From IMG/VR virus record IMGVR_UViG_3300029288_000063, positions 189,103 through 253,102 of that record: 64,000 nucleotides of DNA, one strand, 5' to 3'. The position numbers and the translations under genes are program-made. The notes under the pieces were generated by a model, which worked only from the letters and a program-made list of their open reading frames with translations, was not told where the DNA came from and did not search any database. Positions 44,545 through 53,012 of the stretch are shown one piece after another. The DNA comes from a virus. Lineage: Duplodnaviria > Caudoviricetes. The stretch's first letter is position 1. Every line of letters starts with the position of its first letter.

Positions 44545-45624
44545 ATGAAGCGTGTCTATGCGACTTTGAGGGTTCTTATTGCAGAAAGTACCACAACGGC
44601 TATCTCTGAATACAACCGTGAACTTGCCAAGGTTTTCCACAAGTCTCTGATGGAAAAGATTGTACGACCGATGCGTCAGCGTGCAAATCAAGACCCATCT
44701 GTTGCGGATAAACTGAACGAGCAGGCGGACGAGATTGAACGGGAAAGTCTTTCGTACAAGTGGATTGTTCCCCTTCTTGCGTATGCGAAGAAACATCGAA
44801 CCTTCGACTTTGACGAGTTGCTGTCCTACCTGTTTTCGGCGGTTGTGTATGGGAATGAGGTTGCCGCCGGGATGGGGACGCCCGTCCTGAAAACGTTGCC
44901 CGCAGCGATGTTGAGTAAACATCCAGACCTCGATATTCATTGGATTGACATCGTCAAGTATTTCAACTATGTATCGAGGGGTGTCGTGACGGATGTTATC
45001 CGGATCATGTCGCGTATAAAGCCTATGGACCAAGAGCTTATGGAACAGGGTTTTGGTGGTGTGTCGCTGGTTGACAACTCAAATCCGGCGGACGATGTTA
45101 TTGAGGATGTACTTGAAGAAGACATTGGACAACTGAAGAGCTTTGTTCGTCAAAAGGCGAAGTCGCCCGAGGAGGCGAAGTTGTTTTTGATGCTGTTGGA
45201 TGCCATTATCGACAATGATTACCTTACCGAGCAGGGTAAGAAGAAGTTCATCGGTGTGATGCGGAAGCTTCCCCACAATGCCCCGAATCGTGAGGATGAG
45301 GATTTTTGGCGCAGTGTGTGGGATAAGATGCGTGTCCACATTTGTGTGTTTTTCAAGAACATGTTTGACAAGAATGACGTAAGGATGCCGGACAGCTATC
45401 GTCGGATGGTGTGTTCGTCTGAGTCGATGGCGCGGATTGCCAGTCGCGTGTTTGTTGCTGAAGTCCGTGCGGCTGTTGCTGCGTATGTTCTTGGTTCTGC
45501 TACGATTCGTGAGAGCATGTTGTCCGGTGACTTTTTGAGTCCGAGTGCGATGGTCGAAGAACTGCGTGCCGAACGTCGTAATGCCTCGTTGGTCGAACGT
45601 GTTGCCAAATCGGTAAGAAGCTGA
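44545..45624 (+). CDS. ECF sigma-like protein (paralog 1)
   Basis: DELLSYLF and YFNYVSRGVVTDVIR resemble sigma70 region 2; clear paralog of 45627. Confidence 0.45.
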   Translation: MKRVYATLRVLIAESTTTAISEYNRELAKVFHKSLMEKIVRPMRQRANQDPSVADKLNEQADEIERESLSYKWIVPLLAYAKKHRTFDFDELLSYLFSAVVYGNEVAAGMGTPVLKTLPAAMLSKHPDLDIHWIDIVKYFNYVSRGVVTDVIRIMSRIKPMDQELMEQGFGGVSLVDNSNPADDVIEDVLEEDIGQLKSFVRQKAKSPEEAKLFLMLLDAIIDNDYLTEQGKKKFIGVMRKLPHNAPNREDEDFWRSVWDKMRVHICVFFKNMFDKNDVRMPDSYRRMVCSSESMARIASRVFVAEVRAAVAAYVLGSATIRESMLSGDFLSPSAMVEELRAERRNASLVERVAKSVRS

Positions 45625-45626
45625 AT

Positions 45627-46463
45627 ATGTTTACTCGACTGGCTTATCTTCGCTTGGTGTTGTCTGACGACAAAAGCCTCATGCGGGAATTTGATGGGGT
45701 TTTTCGTGATTGGTTTGCATCAATCGTGAGTAAAATGTTGGGCGAAGACCGTTTGGAAGAAGAACCTGTCAGGTCGCTTATCGACAGTTCTTCGTCCTAT
45801 GCGTGGTCAAAAGTTGCGCTTAATATGCTTCACAAAAACAAGCGTTATCTTTTTGGTGATGTTTTGTCTGAGGTGTACGAAAAACTTGACAGCATTGAGC
45901 CTAGCATGTTGTCGCTGGTTGGGCGGGATTCGCCTTGGGAAGCTATTGCCAAGATGTGGTATCGCTATGTCCAAGCGCGTGTTGTCGATGTGATTCGTTT
46001 TAACAACAATCACCAGCAATCCGAGGACGACAAGCCGATTGAGCCATTGATTCATTACGACGAGTTTGTTGAGGATGTCGTAGAAGACCAACTGTCGGCG
46101 TTGCGTTCTGTTTTGCGTCACAGTGCTAAGTCGCCCGAGGACGCAAAGTTGTTTTTGATGTTGTTGGATGCGATGATTGATAATGACTACTTCACCGAGC
46201 AGGGTAAGAAGAAGTTCGTCGGCGTTCTTCAAAGGCTTCCTCATAATGCGCCAGAGCCAAAAAGCGAGAGCTTCTGGCGCGGCGTGTGGGATAAAATGCG
46301 CCCTGTCGTGTGCCGGTTTTTCACCAGTGTCTTTAAGCAGCAAGATGTCAGTATGACACATGAACAGAAAAAACTGGTTTGTTCGTCTGTGAATGTTATT
46401 GCAAATCGTATTGTGAGGGAGTCGATATTGCGCAGTATGTCTGCGTACGTTTTGGGTATGTAG
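45627..46463 (+). CDS. ECF sigma-like protein (paralog 2)
   Basis: GDVLSEVYEKL...MWYRYVQARVVDVIR resembles EDxxQEVFxKL...WLYRIARNxxIDxxR. Confidence 0.45.
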   Translation: MFTRLAYLRLVLSDDKSLMREFDGVFRDWFASIVSKMLGEDRLEEEPVRSLIDSSSSYAWSKVALNMLHKNKRYLFGDVLSEVYEKLDSIEPSMLSLVGRDSPWEAIAKMWYRYVQARVVDVIRFNNNHQQSEDDKPIEPLIHYDEFVEDVVEDQLSALRSVLRHSAKSPEDAKLFLMLLDAMIDNDYFTEQGKKKFVGVLQRLPHNAPEPKSESFWRGVWDKMRPVVCRFFTSVFKQQDVSMTHEQKKLVCSSVNVIANRIVRESILRSMSAYVLGM

Positions 46464-46498
46464 TTTTGATTTTACCTTCGTTTACGAAGGAGATTATT

Positions 46499-46996
46499 AT
46501 GCCGCTGTATGAATTTGAGTGTGAAGACTGTGGATATTGCTTTGAGATGCTGTTGCCGTTGTCGTCTGACAGCGTTCAGGAATGTCCGGAGTGTGGTTTT
46601 ATGGCGGAGCGCATTGTGTCCGCCTTCTCGTTTAAGGTCGGTTCCACTGTGGAACAGAAAAGGCGAAATGAAATATCCTTGCGTCAGATGGATATGAAGT
46701 TCAATCTCAAAGAGCGTTATGGTGTTGAGGAGGTTGTTCCGCTGGCAACATCTGAAGGTCCCGCATCATTTGAATCTGTGTATAAAGATGTTGTAAGTCG
46801 TGGTTCGATGGTGAAAGACCAGATGCAGGAGACTGCCGGTCGAAACGAGGAGAAATCCCGAAAGAAACAGAAGCGTTGGCTTGAGGATGCATGGTCCCGC
46901 CGCAGTCAGAGAGTGAAAGAAGTTCGTGTGCGGCAGGAGCAAGAGAAGGCTGCCGAGTTTAAAAAGAAAAGCATTTCGTTGAAAACAACATCTTGA
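46499..46996 (+). CDS. FmdB-family zinc-ribbon protein with charged C-terminus
   Basis: MPLYEFECEDCG..FE...CPECG..ERIVS. Confidence 0.85.
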   Translation: MPLYEFECEDCGYCFEMLLPLSSDSVQECPECGFMAERIVSAFSFKVGSTVEQKRRNEISLRQMDMKFNLKERYGVEEVVPLATSEGPASFESVYKDVVSRGSMVKDQMQETAGRNEEKSRKKQKRWLEDAWSRRSQRVKEVRVRQEQEKAAEFKKKSISLKTTS

Positions 46997-47018
46997 TGTT
47001 TTCTTGGCGTGTTTGACG

Positions 47019-47055
47019 CATAAGGTCGTGTGACCTTATGTGTTTGGTTTTTTTT
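47019..47055 (+). terminator. Rho-independent terminator
   Basis: CATAAGGTC-gtgt-GACCTTATG followed by a T-rich tract. Confidence 0.65.
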
Positions 47056-47072
47056 GTGTTGGAGGTGTCGGG

Positions 47073-50000
47073 ATGGTTAAGGTTATTAAAGAAAAAAAGT
47101 CGAATCCGACGGATGTGCATTTGCAGGTAAAGTCGCTCTCAAATTATGAGATTTACGATTGGGATTCTGCCAAGATTGTTTCGGCGTTGCGTGAAGAGTG
47201 TCGGTTGTCGAAGGCGGATGCCGAGAAAATCGCCGAAACAGTGTATGGCGAATTGGTGTCGATGGGTAAAACCGAAATCGACATTCAGACCCTCAAGACG
47301 ATGGTGAATTATCACCTCCTCAAGAACGGTTTCAATGGTGCGAAGCTTTCGGGTCAGGTCTCTGTCGGCATGTCGTTGTATGACCTCGACAACCTGATTC
47401 ACGAAAAGTCCGCTGAGAACAGCAACATTTCGAGCAACAACCCGGAAGCCATTGCGCTGACGGTTGCCGAGAACACGTTCAAAAAGTACGCTCTGAAAAA
47501 GGTATTTGCTGGTGACGTAGAGCGTGCGCATCTTGAAGGTCTTATCCATTTGCATGACATGGGGTGTATAACTCGCGTTTATTGCAGTGCCCATTCGGTT
47601 CGCGCTATTGCTATGCACGGCTTGGGGCAGTTCCTGAAGTTTGATGTTCGCTCGTCGCCAGCCAAGCACGCTCAAGTGCTTGTTGGGCACCTCAACACGT
47701 TCCTGTGCAGCGCGGCGACGTATTATGCCGGTGCGCTTGGGCTTGACTTTGTGAACATCTATTTTGCCCCGTATGTTGAGCACATGAGCGACAAGGAAAT
47801 GAAGCAGGTTGCGCAATACCTGATTTTCTCGCTATCCCAGTCTGCGTTCAGTCGTGGCGGGCAGGTTCTCTTCACCGACTTCAACGTCCACATCTCTATT
47901 CCGGAATGGCTGAAAAAGGTTCAGGCTGTTGGTCCGGGCGGCGAGATGCTAACGAAGAAAGTCGACGGAAAGGTTGTTCCGAAGACGTATGCCGACTTCG
48001 AAGTTGCGTCGAAGAAGTTCCTTCGTGCGATGATGGAGGTTTGGCGTGAGGGGGATTCGAACGGTGCTCCCTTCAGTTTTCCGAAGTGTTTTGACAAAGA
48101 GACTCCTCTTTATGCAAAAGTTGATGGCGTTGTTAGGTTTTTGACTGCTGGAGACATTTTGTCTATTTGTGGAAGAAAGAATCATGAGGTTTATCTTCCA
48201 CGCCTGAGTGCCGCAAGAACGATGGAGTGGGTTCGTGTTCGTGGAGCTATGTCTCGTGGTGAAGAAATTGGTGTTCGTGTTAGGCTGAACAATGGGGCTT
48301 ACCAAGATTCGACAAAAGATCACAAGTATTATGTGTGGGATGAAAATTGTATTTCTGAACGTATGGCTCAGGATATTCGTGTTGGAGATGTTATGCTTTT
48401 TTCATCTCCTGTTGTTGATCGGGTTGGTGATTATCAGAAGATTGATGTGTTTGGTTTGCTTGATAATCCAGACTATCAGGTTTTCAACGTAGTTAAGTCT
48501 TCAAACAGTATGAGTGCGGTGCGAGATGGGTGGTGTCGCAGGTCTGAGTGTCTACGTGAGAATCTGACTGCCGATTCTTTTATCTGCGGATCAAAACAGA
48601 AGAAGAATTCGCTTCCGGTTGAAATTATTCTTGATGAGAAGTTTGCAAAACTTCTGGGGTATTTTGCGTCTGAGGGCAGTTTTTCAGGAAACCGTCTGAA
48701 TGTCGCTGCTATTAACGGAGGACGGTGTCGTGAAAAGATTGAGGCGTTGTTGTCGGAGCTTGGTTTTGATTATGGTGGAGACAATGCATCTGTATATATT
48801 TACAATAAGTTGCTTGTTGATTTGGTTTCTATGTTGTTTGTCGATTACGGCGTTGTTTCAAAAGGATATCGTCCTGCTTCGTCAAAGCATGTTCCGAGCT
48901 ATATATTCAATTCGCCAGTGTCTGTCCGTAAAGAGTTTCTTGTTGGGCTGTTCTCGGGGGACGGTTGTGTCAAGAAGTATGGTTTTGGGTTTTCGTCCTC
49001 GTCTCGTTCGTTGGTTTATGGTTGCAAGTGGCTTCTTGAGAGTGTCGGGGTTTATTCGTCCGTATACGAGGAGAGTCGAAACGGATATGATTGTGTGTAT
49101 TACTCGCTAAGCATTAAGGGTTCAAAATCTGTTTCTTTGGCGAACGAATTCCTTTCTGAAGAAATGGGTTCTTGTTCTGATTTTGGGCGTCGTGAGAACA
49201 GTGAAGCGTCATGGTATAATTCGGTTCCTGTTTCCTGTTTCGGAGATGGGACAACTGTTTGTGATTGGGAAAAGAACAGCAGGCAGTCTATGTCTTTGGA
49301 CGACGAGCGGATTATTGTTAATCCGTTGCTTTCTGGTATGATTCCGGTTGTGGTGAAGTCTGTCGGTGATGTGGAGGTTGATGCGATTGCAATTGAGGTT
49401 GATTGTCCAGAACATGACTTTGTAACAGGTGATGGGACGTGGACAAAAAATTGTGATTTTCATTTGTCTGAGAAGGACTTTACAGAAAACAAAGACATCG
49501 TGATGGAGGCTTGTCAGATCGCATCGGAGAATGGATCGCCGTATTTCATCTTCGATCACGACAGCATTACGGTTTCGGCGTGTTGTCGTTTGAGAACCAA
49601 AATAGAAGACGAAAAGGTTCTTGAAGAGCCGGAACGGTTGCGTTTCTGTGGGTTTCAGAACGTGACAATCAACCTTCCGCAATGCGCCTATCGCAGCAAC
49701 GGTGACTGGAAGCTATTTGAGAAGGAAATAGCGAATGCAATGGAGTTATCGAAGAAAGCCCATCTTCAAAAGAAGAAGTTTATTGAGTCTATTAGCCAAA
49801 ATCCCGGAGACCCGATGTACGACTTGTGTGGAGCGTCGTATTTCGATGGGAAGCCATATGTTCATCTTCCGTCGTGTACATACATTATTGGCATGATTGG
49901 TTTGAATGAAGCCGTGAAGTTCATGCTTGGTCAGGAGATTCATGAGTCTGACGAGGCTTTTGAGAAGGGCAAGGATATTGTTGCGTATATGCTTGCTGTT

Positions 50001-51500
50001 CTTGGTAAGATCAAAAAGGAAACTGGTTTGAAGTTCACATTGGAGGAGAGTCCTGCGGAGAGTACGGCTCGGCGTCTCGCCCGCTGTGATGTTGGCAAAT
50101 ATGAAGTTGCCAAGAAGTTCGTCAATGGATCGCTTGAGGATGACAATATTTACTATACGAACTGTGTTTCGGACGACACTGAAATTCTTACGGAAGATGG
50201 GTGGAAGTTTCGTAAGGATGTTAGGGTGGGAGACAATGTTCTTACGCTTAACATGAATGATAAGCTGTTATATTATCAACCTGTTTTGCGTAAATTCGAA
50301 CAGAGTCTTAAAAACGCCAAGATGGTCTCCATTAAAGGGAAGGCTACGGATCAACTTGTTACTCCGAACCACAATATTCTTTATACAAATCTTGCCAAGA
50401 AGGATTTGGTGAACCTGACGACGTACAAGAATCTTCCATCTACATTCAGGGTGTTTTGTGCTGCGCCTGTTGCTTGTGGAGATAATGGTAAATACTCAGA
50501 CGATCTTTTGGCTTTGCTCGGGTGGATTATCTCTGAGGGGCATTATGGAAAGAAGGGCAATTTTATGACGATTGCTCAAAGTGAAGTGGCTAATAAAAAG
50601 AAATATGACGAGATTGAGTCTCTTTTGACTCGGTTGGGTTTTGATTATCAAATCAATCATTGTAAGCAGCGGGGCAATATTGCGTTTCGTTTGAAGAAAA
50701 AAGATTCTGATTTTGTTCGGTCTTTGTTCCCGAAAAGGAGGATTCCTCGGGAGATTCTCAATACTTGTAGCGTGAGGCAACTGATGGTTCTTCTTGACGC
50801 TGCATTGAAGGGAGACGGAACACGTCGGTTTTCGGTTCGCACTCAAACGTGGAACGAACAGGCGACATATTATTCGGCAGATCGTGGTATTATTGAAGAT
50901 GTGCAAGAGGTGTTGTTGAAGATTGGTTTCCGCTCGAACATCATTGATTGTCCGTCTTCATCAACTTATCAGATTCGTGCGACAAAGTTCAACACGACTG
51001 AACTTAACAAAAAACAGCATGTTTCAGAAGAAGAATATACTGGGATGGTGTGGTGTGTGGAGGTTGAAAACCACACATTTGTCGCTCGACGGAAGGACAA
51101 GGTGTTTATCACGGGCAACTCGATTCATTTCCGTCCGGATGCCGATATCCCGTTTGTGGACCGTGTGTTCAAGCAGTCCGAGTTCCATAACATGATTGAG
51201 TCAGGAGCCATCGTTCACATGTTCTGTGGCGAGCACTTGCCTGACCCCGAATCGTTGTTTGCGTTACTGGAAAAGGTGTTTCGTACAACCAATTGTGCAC
51301 AGTTGGTTGTCTCTCCAGAATTTACGGTTTGCCACAAGTGCGGGAGGTTTCCCGGACTAAAGGAGGCTTGCCCGAAGTGTGGGGCAACGGATGTTGATCG
51401 TATTACCCGCGTGGTTGGGTACTACTCTAAAGTGGATAATTGGAATGTCAGCAAGCAGCGTGAGGGTCTTGACAGGCATAACGGCGTCTATTCTCTGTGA
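47073..51500 (+). CDS. nrdD: anaerobic (class III) ribonucleoside-triphosphate reductase with two inteins
   Basis: ATP-cone-like N-terminus, IHLHD, YC, SACCRL, TINLPQ, ESPAES, YYTN|S, CxxC...CxxC and RVVGYY glycyl-radical motif. Confidence 0.95.
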   Translation: MVKVIKEKKSNPTDVHLQVKSLSNYEIYDWDSAKIVSALREECRLSKADAEKIAETVYGELVSMGKTEIDIQTLKTMVNYHLLKNGFNGAKLSGQVSVGMSLYDLDNLIHEKSAENSNISSNNPEAIALTVAENTFKKYALKKVFAGDVERAHLEGLIHLHDMGCITRVYCSAHSVRAIAMHGLGQFLKFDVRSSPAKHAQVLVGHLNTFLCSAATYYAGALGLDFVNIYFAPYVEHMSDKEMKQVAQYLIFSLSQSAFSRGGQVLFTDFNVHISIPEWLKKVQAVGPGGEMLTKKVDGKVVPKTYADFEVASKKFLRAMMEVWREGDSNGAPFSFPKCFDKETPLYAKVDGVVRFLTAGDILSICGRKNHEVYLPRLSAARTMEWVRVRGAMSRGEEIGVRVRLNNGAYQDSTKDHKYYVWDENCISERMAQDIRVGDVMLFSSPVVDRVGDYQKIDVFGLLDNPDYQVFNVVKSSNSMSAVRDGWCRRSECLRENLTADSFICGSKQKKNSLPVEIILDEKFAKLLGYFASEGSFSGNRLNVAAINGGRCREKIEALLSELGFDYGGDNASVYIYNKLLVDLVSMLFVDYGVVSKGYRPASSKHVPSYIFNSPVSVRKEFLVGLFSGDGCVKKYGFGFSSSSRSLVYGCKWLLESVGVYSSVYEESRNGYDCVYYSLSIKGSKSVSLANEFLSEEMGSCSDFGRRENSEASWYNSVPVSCFGDGTTVCDWEKNSRQSMSLDDERIIVNPLLSGMIPVVVKSVGDVEVDAIAIEVDCPEHDFVTGDGTWTKNCDFHLSEKDFTENKDIVMEACQIASENGSPYFIFDHDSITVSACCRLRTKIEDEKVLEEPERLRFCGFQNVTINLPQCAYRSNGDWKLFEKEIANAMELSKKAHLQKKKFIESISQNPGDPMYDLCGASYFDGKPYVHLPSCTYIIGMIGLNEAVKFMLGQEIHESDEAFEKGKDIVAYMLAVLGKIKKETGLKFTLEESPAESTARRLARCDVGKYEVAKKFVNGSLEDDNIYYTNCVSDDTEILTEDGWKFRKDVRVGDNVLTLNMNDKLLYYQPVLRKFEQSLKNAKMVSIKGKATDQLVTPNHNILYTNLAKKDLVNLTTYKNLPSTFRVFCAAPVACGDNGKYSDDLLALLGWIISEGHYGKKGNFMTIAQSEVANKKKYDEIESLLTRLGFDYQINHCKQRGNIAFRLKKKDSDFVRSLFPKRRIPREILNTCSVRQLMVLLDAALKGDGTRRFSVRTQTWNEQATYYSADRGIIEDVQEVLLKIGFRSNIIDCPSSSTYQIRATKFNTTELNKKQHVSEEEYTGMVWCVEVENHTFVARRKDKVFITGNSIHFRPDADIPFVDRVFKQSEFHNMIESGAIVHMFCGEHLPDPESLFALLEKVFRTTNCAQLVVSPEFTVCHKCGRFPGLKEACPKCGATDVDRITRVVGYYSKVDNWNVSKQREGLDRHNGVYSL
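48087..49451 (+). mobile_element. intein 1 of NrdD (455 aa, LAGLIDADG)
   Basis: FPK|CFDKET; STKDH; LLGYFASEG and FLVGLFSGDG; ends WTKN|C. Confidence 0.9.
50163..51119 (+). mobile_element. intein 2 of NrdD (319 aa, LAGLIDADG)
   Basis: YYTN|CVSDDTEILT; VTPNH; LLGWIISEG and LLDAALKGDG; ends FITGN|S. Confidence 0.92.
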
Positions 51501-51508
51501 GGTGTATT

Positions 51509-51733
51509 ATGGCAAAGTTTGTAATGTGGGTTGGGGATAACTGCCCCAAATGTGACGAAGTCAAAGCCATTTTGGCGGGTAACGGTCATGAGGTTGAGGT
51601 TCGCCCGGCGGTTGGGTTGACAAACGGTGATGAGTTCAACCCGGCCGCCCTGAAGAAGTTGGCGGCGCAGAACTACTCTACCCCGCTGGTGTGTATGGGT
51701 GATGTTTTCTTCCCAAAGAATCATAGCTTCTAA
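51509..51733 (+). CDS. glutaredoxin/NrdH-like redoxin
   Basis: NCPKCDEVK and TPLV; directly after nrdD. Confidence 0.75.
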   Translation: MAKFVMWVGDNCPKCDEVKAILAGNGHEVEVRPAVGLTNGDEFNPAALKKLAAQNYSTPLVCMGDVFFPKNHSF

Positions 51734-51741
51734 GGGATAGT

Positions 51742-53001
51742 ATGCTGCCAGAACTTGTTGTTGAGAAGAAGAAGCTTTCCGAGCTGATGCCTGCGGGGTA
51801 CAACCCACGCAGTATCAGTCCGGAGGCGTTTGAAGGCCTGAAGAAGTCGATAAGTCGTTTCGGGCTTGTCGAACCTATCGTTTGGAACAAACGCACCGGA
51901 AATGTGGTTGGTGGGCACCAGCGTTTGAAGGTGTTACAAGCAACCGGAGTTGAGGAAACCAGTGTCATTGTCGTCGAGCTTGGGGACAAGGAAGAGGTTG
52001 CCCTGAATATTACTTTGAACAACCCATCTGTCAAGGGGCATTGGACGGATGGTGTTCAGGGGTTGTTGGAGTCTATTCCCGAGGATATGAAGGATGATAT
52101 TTCGGCGTCTGACCTGAAGGAGTGGTTGTCAGAAAACACGGATATCCAAATCGTCGAAAAAGACGAGTTTGGTGTTCCGTTTGACGTAGACCATGTATCC
52201 ATCATTGATGGGAAGCTTGGCAACTGGCAGGAACGGAAAAAACTCTGGAAGAAGCTTGGCATACAGAGTGAGATTGGTCGTGGTAAGGCGTTAACATTCG
52301 CCCACCGGTCGTCGGATGGCGCTGGTGATTTTGTAACGAAGAAAATTCTTCGCGGTGATGCTGCGGGGACGTCTATTTTTGACCCCGTGTTGTGTGAGAT
52401 TGTCTATCGCCGTTATTGCCCGGCGGGTGGTCGTATCCTTGACCCGTTTGCCGGTGGTTCTGTTCGCGGTGTTGTTGCAGCGAAGCTTGGGTTTAAGTAT
52501 GTCGGCGTAGACCTTCGTGGTGAGCAGGTTGAGGAAAACATCCGTCAGGCCGAAAGGATTGTGCCGGAGAACAAGCCGGAGTGGGTTACCGGTGACAGCA
52601 AGAACATCCGCACAATGGTTGACGGTGACTTCGATTTTGTTTTCTCGTGTCCGCCGTATTTTGACCTTGAAGTTTACAGCGAGAAAGAGGAAGATTTGTC
52701 TACGATGAAGTGGGAAGCCTTTTGCGAGGTGTATTCCGACATCGTGGCCGGGTCTGTGTCACGTTTGCGTCCGGGCAGCTTTTGTTGTTTTGTGGTTGGC
52801 GACGTTCGTGATTCGGATGGGTTCTATAGAGGTTTTGTTCCCCTGACAATAGAGTCATTTGAACGTGCCGGAGCGCGTTTGTATAATGAGATGGTTTTGA
52901 TAACCCCAGTTGGGCACTTGGCGTTGCGTTGTGGTGGTCAGTTTTCGGCGTCACGTAAGCTCGGGAAGACCCATCAAAACGTTTTGGTGTTTCGAACTTA
53001 G
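51742..53001 (+). CDS. ParB-N domain + amino-DNA methyltransferase fusion (paralog A)
   Basis: YNPR...GLVEPIVWN...VGGHQR (ParB-N); TSIFDPVLCE, DPFAGGSVRG (SAM motif I), FSCPPY (motif IV), KLGKTHQNVLVF. Confidence 0.9.
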   Translation: MLPELVVEKKKLSELMPAGYNPRSISPEAFEGLKKSISRFGLVEPIVWNKRTGNVVGGHQRLKVLQATGVEETSVIVVELGDKEEVALNITLNNPSVKGHWTDGVQGLLESIPEDMKDDISASDLKEWLSENTDIQIVEKDEFGVPFDVDHVSIIDGKLGNWQERKKLWKKLGIQSEIGRGKALTFAHRSSDGAGDFVTKKILRGDAAGTSIFDPVLCEIVYRRYCPAGGRILDPFAGGSVRGVVAAKLGFKYVGVDLRGEQVEENIRQAERIVPENKPEWVTGDSKNIRTMVDGDFDFVFSCPPYFDLEVYSEKEEDLSTMKWEAFCEVYSDIVAGSVSRLRPGSFCCFVVGDVRDSDGFYRGFVPLTIESFERAGARLYNEMVLITPVGHLALRCGGQFSASRKLGKTHQNVLVFRT

Positions 53002-53012
53002 GAGGAAGCAGC

